Source: Oikopleura dioica (taxonomy: Eukaryota > Animalia > Chordata). Taken from it: a stretch of DNA of 64,000 nt. Both the position numbers and the translations under genes were made by a program. The notes beneath the pieces are model-generated. The model did no database searches. It saw nothing but the letters and a program-made list of their open reading frames with translations, and was not told the DNA's origin. The DNA lies in assembly GCA_907165135.1 (NCBI GenBank), contig OU015568.1, positions 15,263,208 through 15,327,207 on the forward strand, read 5' to 3'. Each line of letters opens with the position of its first letter. Position 1 is the stretch's first letter. Below are positions 54,803-64,000 of the stretch, piece by piece.

Positions 54803-56387
54803 ATGGAAGCTCGGCGCTTGAATCCTCGAAATCGTTTGGAAGGGGATCTTGTCAGCAAAGGCATCGGCGGAATCGCAAAGCAGAGAACTGCTTTGGGAAA
54901 TGTACATGGGAACAGCAGACAGGTCGTTTTCTCTCTCTATTCTATCATTACCTGAATTTTAGATCAAAGACGATGCTTCCAAGCCCCATGTTAGAACCAC
55001 CAGAGCACAGATGCTCCGGTCGAAGATGGTGGTCGACAATCAACGAACGAAGCCATCCCTCAAGTCGCAAAACCAGCCCATCAAAAGAAAGGCTGAGGTG
55101 AAAAAGGCGAAAATTGAGGTTCAAGAGAAGATCGAAGAAACAAAGCCACAAGTCCAGGATATGTCTTTCGACTCACCGATGGACGTGTCCATGCAAAGTC
55201 TCACGTCGGATGACAGCGTTGACGACAAAGTAATAAAGAAAACAGTTGATTTCTTCTCATTTCGCTTTTAGTTGCAAGCAGCAATTAAAAAGGTAAAAGA
55301 ACACGACCTTCTCGACGATGCTAATGGTGGTCCGTATGTCGATACGATCTACAGCTACACGAAATTCCTCGAACATGCGTACCCTGTCAAGCCCCGCTTC
55401 CTCACTGGACAGAAAGAAATCAGCCACAAAATGCGAACGATCCTTGTCGACTGGATCGTCCAAGTCCACCAGCGATTCAAGCTTCAAAATGAGACCCTTC
55501 ACTTAACTGTTGCCATTATGGATCGTTACTTGTCAAAGGTTCACGATTTGCCCAGAAAAGAAATGCAGTTGATCGGTCTCACTGCCATGCTTTTAGCGTC
55601 AAAATACGAAGGTTAGGACCTCAGTTGACAAACAATTTAAAACTTGTTGTAGAAATCTACATGCCCGATCTTGGAGACTTTGAATTTATCTGCGATAATG
55701 CGTACACCAAAGGTTAGCTAACTGTCAGTGTCTTCAGAAGAAATCTTTGATTTTATTCTATTTTCTAGACGATTTCAAAGCTACGGAAATTGAAATGCTC
55801 GACGTTCTCCAGTGCAATCTCGCCTTTGGCCTCTCAATTGAGCATCTTAGAAGATATTCGACGGTCCTTACGGATGAGATTGATGGAATTCATGTAAGGG
55901 AAGAAATGTTTGTCATTCCATGAAAAATATTCTAGCACTCTCTCGGAAAGTATTTTACCGAGCTTTCTTTGATGGACTACGACTTGTGCACATTCAAGCC
56001 CTCGATCATTGGCGCTGGATCGATGAAACTCGCTCTGGAAATTCATGGGAACAAAGAGTGGGATTGCAGGCTCGTTCACTTCAGGTAAGACTTTGCGGAT
56101 ATAAAAGGTCAAATTCAATGAATTTTCTAAAGTGGCTACAAGGCAGAGGACCTTGAATTTTTCATAAACATGCTCTGCAAAACGATCTACATGGTTCACT
56201 TCACAAAGTCAAAGTACCAAGCCAGCAGGAAGAAATACTCCAGCGAAAAGGTAACCTTAACTTTTCTCCCTCTATCTCAAATTCCTTCTAGCTCTACGCC
56301 GCGGCAACATATCACAAGTTCGAGGAAATGAAAGAAGAAATCTACCGACGCGCAAAACTAGCGAAGGAGCAAATGGACAAGCGCTGA
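54803..56387 (+). CDS. B-type cyclin (multi-exon)
   Basis: D-box RTALGNV; cyclin box MRTILVDWIVQVH..FKLQNETLHL...IMDRYL...QLIGLTAMLLASKYEE. Confidence 0.93.
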
Positions 56388-57274
56388 TTCCAAATCCCGA
56401 CACTCTTTTTTTTTTCTTTTCTGTGTTTCAATTTTTTATACCCACGCCACTTTTTACTTTTCTCATTCCCATAAAATAAACAAGTACTAAAAATACAAAT
56501 TTGATGATCGCAGTATGCTTCCTATATACTGTCAGCATTCCTTTTTGACCGTCTTACCCAACTAGAAGTTTTGAATGAAGTAAAAAAAAGACCGTGCTCG
56601 TCAAAGTTCTGTTTATCTTGTGCAGTTAAGTTCCAAAAAAGAGCCTCACAAGAGCCTGAAAATATTGAATTTCCCCTGTTTTTTCCTTTTCTTTATAACT
56701 CACGTGATCCATCCTTGCTTCTTACGTTCCAATTAGTTAAACCCGACTAACTGCCCTATCTATTCTTCTCTCCCTCATCTTTCTCTTCCCCGAAACGGAG
56801 GCGCATATTGAAACTATATGTTATAATGTATCGGCATATAGTATTACGGGAATCGATTTTGACGAATCGATAGTTAGTTCCTGCCTCCGCTGTCTGAGGT
56901 GTCTATAGTTCGACCTTGATTCTAATACTCAAATCGTTTTATTTTTTAACCTGCGAGAAACAAAAAACTGGGAAATCCGAAAATAAACTTTCATCCGAAC
57001 GAAAAACCAAAGCACCGGCTAGCACCAGCCGCCCACAAGGTGGCGCACTTATGGTGGAATGTTATTTCCAGCACGGAAACAGCACGAAACCAACGAAAAA
57101 GCAATGCGCCACCGACGAGGCTTGTCACTTGACTTATATTATTCACATTAATAACGTAGATGCCAATAATTCATATAAAATTAAAGCCAGGGTGGCAAAT
57201 TGGACAATTTTGCGTTATCCAAAATCATTTTCTTCCAGTACCATTTTAATCATTTTTTCACCCTCGAGACTTAG

Positions 57275-60200
57275 ATGAAAACGAACTCAATCCCTTCCAA
57301 GGAAAGCTTAAAATTTTTGCAAGTTGTACTTGATTTTGAATTTGGTAAAGCAGGTTTTGAAAAGCTCCCTAAAGCGGATTGTATTTCGCTAGAAAACCGC
57401 CAAGAGTGTACGCAGTATCAGGAGGAGTGTGGTCATTATTATACGCATCGTCGAAACGGCAGCGGCCACGGCTACGACTGGGGATATTATACGATCTACT
57501 GCTGCTGCACTTCGCCTCTCTGCAACCACTATACAAATGCGACACTTCGATCATGCTCTGCGGACGAATGCACTTCCACGAATCACACGAAACTCTCCGA
57601 AAGTTGCTTTTGCAACGACCCGACGGATAAAATACGATTCGATGATCTTCCACTCCCGTCAGAGCAGATATCACTCGATGCGCTTATCATTCATTATCTT
57701 TCTATCCTCATCTTTGTCGTTTTGGTTTGTTGTCTTTCAGCTATCATTATCAAAAAAGGTATATAAGAGGATTGAAGTTGACCTAGATAAAGTAGTTTTT
57801 CACTTCGCTTTCTGAGATTTCTGACATCTATCGTTCAGTTTATCGCAAGTGGCGTCATAAACGAACGTCTACCGCATCGAATGAAAGTCTTGAGATCGAT
57901 GAAAGTAGGCTACAAGCTAATCGCTTCGATATGATGCTCAGACCTTCACACTACGACGCACCGATAACTGGCTCGGCTACTCATTTTAAGACGCAATTTA
58001 AAACAAAATTACTGAATAGATTGACGTAAATCAGCTTTATAACCTCCCCTTGATAAAGTTTAAACACAGATGGAATTCTTCGCGTCTCGAGATTAATATT
58101 GCCAGATAAGCTGATTAAGATGCTCCAAAAAGGGATAGCCGAGGGCAGAGGAAAAGTTCAAAGACTACAAATATGCTTACGGAGGGCCGAATAGCAAGTC
58201 TATGCTTGGAAATGGAAGATATGGAACCGTCCATTTAGGTATGAATACATTAATCGCCGCCATTTGAATCTGAAAGTTTGAACTTCAATCGACCAAACTG
58301 TGACCCAGAAGTGGTAGATTAATGCACTAAATCTACCACCTCTGTGTCTACTTTTTTTTCTACATGGGTTGAACTCGAATCACTCGAAATTCTCGCGGGA
58401 AAAGTTCAACCATAAACCGGAGCTGGAAAGTTTTGCCCGCGGAATAATCAGACATCCGGCTGCGACTATAGATCGTGTCTTCTTGTCCTCGGGAAGGCAA
58501 TTGCAGAGCTCAACCTTTTCGAAACAACCCCTGTAGAAAAAGCAAGCTTGGCAAATGGACACAACTTTTATTGAGTAGAATGTGCCATCGATCACAGATT
58601 TCTCTATTTATGTAAAGGAAAAGTTTTTGAAAACACTAATATCAAAAATATCATAGGATGTTTAGATAAACAATTTTCAATAGTTCGTATCTGAGTGTCT
58701 CTCAATTAATTTTTGTTCTGTTAGAAAATCTCATCCTTCCCAAAAACATTGTTTTCGATTAACTACGTTTCTGCGTCTGGATCTCAGAGAGAGAATGATG
58801 CGGAGTAGCGCGACTAATAGACGCCGACTACTATAGCCCGTGTCCTCTTGTCCCCAGGATATGGCTTCCACAGTTCGCCAATTCTATTGAATTACCCGTA
58901 GAACTTCTACGGTAGAAGTAAAAGGCTGGTCCAATAGAGGACAAGATGAATTTCCCGTTTTTGGAGATGTCAGGAATAATATCCGTGGAACATTCCATCT
59001 CGCACCGTTCGCAGAACTAACTTAAGACGTGGGAATTTTCGCGAGATTGACGACCGCAAAGATTCCACAAGCATAATTAAACAGCCGAAACGACCCATAG
59101 ACCTTGTCTTCTAATCCCTGCGGCACAAAACCTAAGTTGCTACTCGCCAAAACTTCTTCCTGGACTTCAAAGTCTCGCCACTGCGGGATAGCAAATTCGA
59201 TGGCATTAATTTTGTGTCGTTTCCTCTAAGAACAAACGTTTGTAAGGTGCGGTTTTTATTCGAATGGTAGTGATTTTCTAGGAAACCTCAAATGGACAAG
59301 GTTAAATGAGCCTAGGTGATCTGCTCCTCAATCGCTTATTGACAATAAGCGATCGACTTTTTTGTAACCAGATGCACTTTGAGATTTTCCTAAAGGGAAT
59401 ATTATCCGTCGTACTTTTGGCAACACTTAGGGAAACAGGAATCCAGGGTTTGGAAAGTCTGAGCATAGTATGCTCAGCCGTGATTTGAGCTCTCCGTGCT
59501 CAGCCGTGCCCATGCTCGTCCAAAATTTGTGACTTTTCAAACCCTGCAGGAATCTCTTAACCCCTGCCCGCATATCGACCTACGCGTAGGTCGGGCCTTT
59601 TGAGGGTCTTTCAGTCGTGATAAAATTTTCGAAAGGACTTGAATGGAAAGATAAAAGGCTGAGCTATCTTCTGGACATTATCAAATTTCAAATATCCAGT
59701 GTCAAACGTGAACAAATGTCGTTTTTCCATAAGTAAAATTGGGATTAAAAGACCTACGCGTAGGTCAATATGCGGGCAGGGGTTAAGAAAATATTTTGAA
59801 GCTTTCTTGCAGAAGTTTTGAAACCGTGCCGATCCGACCATTACCATTTTATAGACATAAATTGAACGATAACTTATTAACTTCAATAGTTGAAAAGTCA
59901 AGTGGCGAGTTGTATGCGATGAAGATCTTCATGTTCCAGGGTCAACAACGTAATCCTGATGATCCGATGATCCGTGCAATGTGGCAAAAAGAATATCAAC
60001 ATCTGAATAAGTGCACGCATCCCAACATTGTCCGGCGAGAAGGCGCTGGACGGTTTAAATATGGCTTTGGGATCTTAACTTAAAACAAGCAGCTTTTTTA
60101 TGCTCATTTTTTACAGGTTTGATTTTGCTGAAATTGCCTGCGCGTTGTTTTTGAACCGGTAAATAACCAGTGCTTTTTGAACTCTTCTGACTTGAATTCT

Positions 60201-63200
60201 GCGACTTCTAATTCTAGCATAAAATTTGGTTAGGTAAAAGTGACTTAATTCTCAAGTTAAAATCCTTGACAGTGCGTTAAATTGTTTCGCGATCGTCCTC
60301 GAATACTGCAAGCTTGGAAGTCTATCTTCTTGGTTGAACGAGTGTGCTAGAGAGCAGCGCGCCGTTCCCCTTTATTCCGCCGTTAAAATCGCCAAAGATA
60401 TTGCATCAGTTACGGGATATATTCACGATCGGACTCTGAGAGTCCGATAAACCTAGACCAAGTCACGCTTTTTAAGAGAAAATATCAACGCTGCTAAAAA
60501 TGACCAAAGGTGTTCCCTCTGGTGTGAATAATTAGTCCGAACTATGGCTGCCCGAACTTCTAAAAAAGACGCACTATAAATGCCATGGCATTGCAATTTG
60601 CCATTGACACCTTAAAGTTTTAAAGGCTTAAACCGTGTCTTCACTTTCAAATTCAGTCAAAAAGAGAAAGTATATCAATAAAAAGCTCTGGAATTTCTGC
60701 ATGAGCCGAGTCGAGAATCTGGACTTTATGTTCGGATTCCTGTTGCTCACAGCTAGGGTGATCAAAAGTGAGTATATTTATAAAGTCCAATATATAATCT
60801 GAAACTGCTTTGATCCAAATTTACCAACTTTTCGTGTTTCTCGTATAAAATTGCCCACCCGTAATGATCAGAGACGTCAAATCAACTAATATACTTCTAC
60901 GAAGCAATACTCACGCACTCTTGTCAGACTTTGGTCTTGCAATAAGTCTCGGTAATCTATTAACTGCGGTGCAAACATGTTTCATACGGAATTAAGAGTC
61001 GCTTGTGGGCACGGCGGAGAAAGTTGACAAAGAAAATACACAGGTTCGTCCTCCCTCCTTTCTGATAAGAAAGACTATTTTGATTTTAGCCGGACATTGA
61101 CTACTACAGGATCAAGCAATGTGGAACTCCAAGGAATGTGGTTAGAAAGAAGGACAGAATCTGACGGTTTATTTCAAACAAAATTCAAGGGGAATATTAT
61201 TAGTGACAACTTTTTTAAACCTTGGTTTGTGAGCTGACATCAATTTGCGAATGTCATTAAATTCTCGCCATAAATCAGGCGGCAATTATTTTTCGTTAAG
61301 CGACCGTAAAAATTAACAGGCATCAAAATTCACGTCAAATTCAAGTCTGACGATTCGCTTTTTCAAAGTCAAGTTCGTTCACTTTTCTCTCTTAAAAGGT
61401 CTCCCAGTTAAAACATCTTGCGGCATTCTTACAATACCGGTTAATTGGATTTCGCGGGTCAAGTCGATAATTTGAAGAAACGATATAAAACTGTGAAAAG
61501 CGTTAGCATTGGACGGAAAAAATCCAAATTTAAAAATCTTTTTTGGAATTTCATTTTTATTGTTTCCATCAAATTCTCCATATTCGAAAACCTAGAAAAA
61601 AATTATTTGTTTAGACAGGAGGCCTTCTAAATATTTTTAATATTCATCTAAAAGTGCAAAAATGCCCTTCAGGAAAAGCTTCTTTTGAAAGGGTTCCGGT
61701 AATTTTCTTTTGATTTCTTTCCTCGACCATCTAGAGACAGGTCTCGGACAGTTCGGTTAGCAAAAAAATAAATAATACTTATTGTCTTCATGCTCAAAAT
61801 ATGCATTAAATAACGTGTTAATGACCAAAAACACCGAAAACGTGAAAAAACGCTGAACGATCAATGATCGTCATTCTATTTAGCGAAAAAGTCGAATAAG
61901 TCAAAGGCAAGATATTTCAAAATAATTGCCTATCGAAATATATAAATGTATATTATTCATTAAGAGCTATTTTGTCAATTCACAGAGATGCGACTATTTG
62001 GCTATTTTTCAATCAACTTAATAATCTCAGAGGCTACGAAACGCAAAACGACCAATTTTTAACGACATTGTTATTTTTGAATGCTTAAAAATAACCATTC
62101 ATTGTACGGATAGTCGAAATCTTGGGGCCTCAATCTCATTTTCTCAAACTTGTTCAAATACAGTCACTTATCATGTCTGCAAAATTTCATGCGATTTGAA
62201 ACGCAGCGCGACCATTTTTAGTATAATTTATTATAAAGCTTTAAATAGCTCTAGAATCTGAGTTTTCGGGCCTCCAAGCTGATTGCTCTTGACCAAACTT
62301 TGGTATATGTAAACTACATTTATGCAAAATTTCATAAAATTTGAGACGCAGCGCGACCCTTTTTGTCCAAATTATATCGAAATTCTATAAAAATAGCAAT
62401 TTATTAGTTGGTTTTGGCTCTAGAATCCAAGTTTCGAGAGCCTCCAACCTAATTCTTCTCAAGCAGGGTAAGAAGACTATATTCTATCTGACTGCCTAAT
62501 TTCAATCAAATCGAGACGCAGCGCGACCATTTTTTACGAAAAATGATAATAATAACCACTTATTAGTAAGTTTTGGATCAAGAATCCAAGTTCCAATGGC
62601 CTCCAGCCCAATTTTTCTCATGCGAGTTTCAGCGGGTGCTTTTTATCAACCTACCAAAAATCAATCGATTTGAAGCGCAGCGCGGTCATTTTAAGACAAT
62701 TTATTACTAATAAGTGGTTATTATTATCATTTTTCGTAAAAATGGTCGCGCTGCGTCTCGATTTGATTGAAATTAGGCAGTCAGATAGAATATAGTCTTC
62801 TTACCCTGCTTGAGAAGAATTAGGTTGGAGGCTCTCGAAACTTGGATTCTAGAGCCAAAACCAACTAATAAATTGCTATTTTTATAGAATTTCGATATAA
62901 TTTGGACAAAAAGGTCGCGCTGCGTCTCAAATTTTATGAAATTTTGCATAAATGTAGTTTACATATACCAAAGTTTGGTCAAGAGCAATCAGCTTGGAGG
63001 CCCGAAAACTCAGATTCTAGAGCTATTTAAAGCTTTATAATAAATTATACTAAAAATGGTCGCGCTGCGTTTCAAATCGCATGAAATTTTGCAGACATGA
63101 TAAGTGACTGTATTTGAACAAGTTTGAGAAAATGAGATTGAGGCCCCAAGATTTCGACTATCCGTACAATGAATGGTTATTTTTAAGCATTCAAAAATAA

Positions 63201-64000
63201 CAATGTCGTTAAAAAATTGGTCGTTTTGCGTTTCGTAGCCTCTGAGATTATTAAGTTGATTGAAAAATAGCCAAATAGTCGCATCTCTGTGAATTGACAA
63301 AATAGCTCTTAATGAATAATATACATTTATATATTTCGATAGGCAATTATTTTGAAATATCTTGCCTTTGACTTATTCGACTTTTTCGCTAAATAGAATG
63401 ACGATCATTGATCGTTCAGCGTTTTTTCACGTTTTTCGGTGTTTTTGGTCATTAACACGTTATTTAATGCATATTTTGAGCATGAAGACAATAAGTATTA
63501 TTTATTTTTTTTGCTAACCGAACTGTCCGAGACCTGTCTCTAGATGGTCGAGGAAAGAAATCAAAAGAAAAATTACCGGAACCCTTTCAAAAGAAGCTTT
63601 TCCTGAAGGGCATTTTTGCACTTTTAGATGAATATTAAAAAATATTTAGAAGGCCTCCTGTCTAAACAAATAATTTTTTTCTAGGTTTTCGAATATGGAG
63701 AATTTGATGGAAACAATAAAAATGAAATTCCAAAAAAGATTTTTAAATTTGGATTTTTCCGTCCATTTCTCTTGCCATTTTATCTCGGGATCTTATGGTC
63801 GGCCGAGCCCGCAAAACCTGGAAACCTAAACGTGAAAAATCTTTGACATATTCATTTTTAAAAAGCTGAGACTCTTTGGCCCCAACCTTTTACCACAGTT
63901 CGGCTGGACCTAAACTTGAACGCGTCTTCTTGTCGCAGATTTTCTAATCGTATCCAAAGATACCTTGCCCCTGAACTTTTAGAAGGACCGATGGATGTTT
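57275..64000 (+). CDS. TGF-beta/activin-family receptor Ser/Thr kinase (type II-like), multi-exon, runs off the window
   Basis: Ectodomain Cys box CCCTSPLCN, TM, GNGRYGTV (~58208), AMKIF and HPNIV (~59916-60032), LEFLHE...PVAH (~60690-60750), RYLAPELLEG (~63958-63987). Exon boundaries are not fully resolved. Confidence 0.72.
59561..59782. mobile_element. piggyBac-like MITE (222 bp) in a kinase intron
   Basis: TTAA|CCCCTGCCCGCATAT...ATATGCGGGCAGGGG|TTAA; ~32-bp TIRs, each including the 16-bp palindrome GACCTACGCGTAGGTC. Confidence 0.85.
61510..63765. mobile_element. Foldback-like long inverted repeat (~1.06-kb arms, ~135-bp spacer)
   Basis: Arms 61510-~62570 and ~62705-63765 are reverse complements except for homopolymer lengths; internal sub-repeats (g)acgcagcgcgacc. 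No clear TSD. Confidence 0.75.

Noticed and set aside
58305-58340. Hairpin GTGGTAGATT...AATCTACCAC as a Helitron 3' end or terminator
   Set aside because: There is no CTRR terminus at the expected distance and no other supporting features.
60390-60750. Duplicated kinase subdomain (GYIH and EFLH segments)
   Set aside because: The first is probably read-through into an intron after IAKDIAS. Exon boundaries could not be fixed, so there is no evidence of duplication.

Overview
Compact eukaryotic genomic DNA, most likely from a larvacean tunicate such as Oikopleura. This is inferred from ~40-60 bp introns, several GA-AG non-canonical introns, operon-like gene packing and a connexin gene. Host housekeeping genes (p53-like, PRKCSH, eIF1, AGTPBP1, DHX15, PPIL3, TATDN3, TIMM13, RNF32, cyclin B, a TGF-beta-family receptor kinase) flank one giant Ty3/gypsy-type LTR retroelement of 37,362 bp (16491-53852). 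The element has two 307-bp LTRs in which I found no difference by eye, a CCGT target-site duplication, a tRNA-Leu PBS and a PPT. It is inserted in codon 3 of RNF32. Besides gag and pol it carries about 30 tightly packed sense-strand cargo ORFs: two extra capsid paralogs, a connexin, two TFIIB homologs, Cks1, a truncated Rab1 mimic, a UBL/BAG6-like protein next to RNF126-like E3 ligases, other RING proteins, small membrane proteins, and a Rev-like protein with an NES and an Arg-rich motif. It also has a few antisense genes. Unexpectedly for a retroelement, several sense genes, possibly including pol, contain short GT-AG introns that restore reading frames, and most ORFs have a 3' splice-acceptor-like site just before the ATG. 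The picture resembles a complex, virus-like retroelement that exports unspliced genomic RNA and uses host cis- or SL trans-splicing to express a polycistronic cargo. All protein identifications are by motif recognition only; no searches were run.
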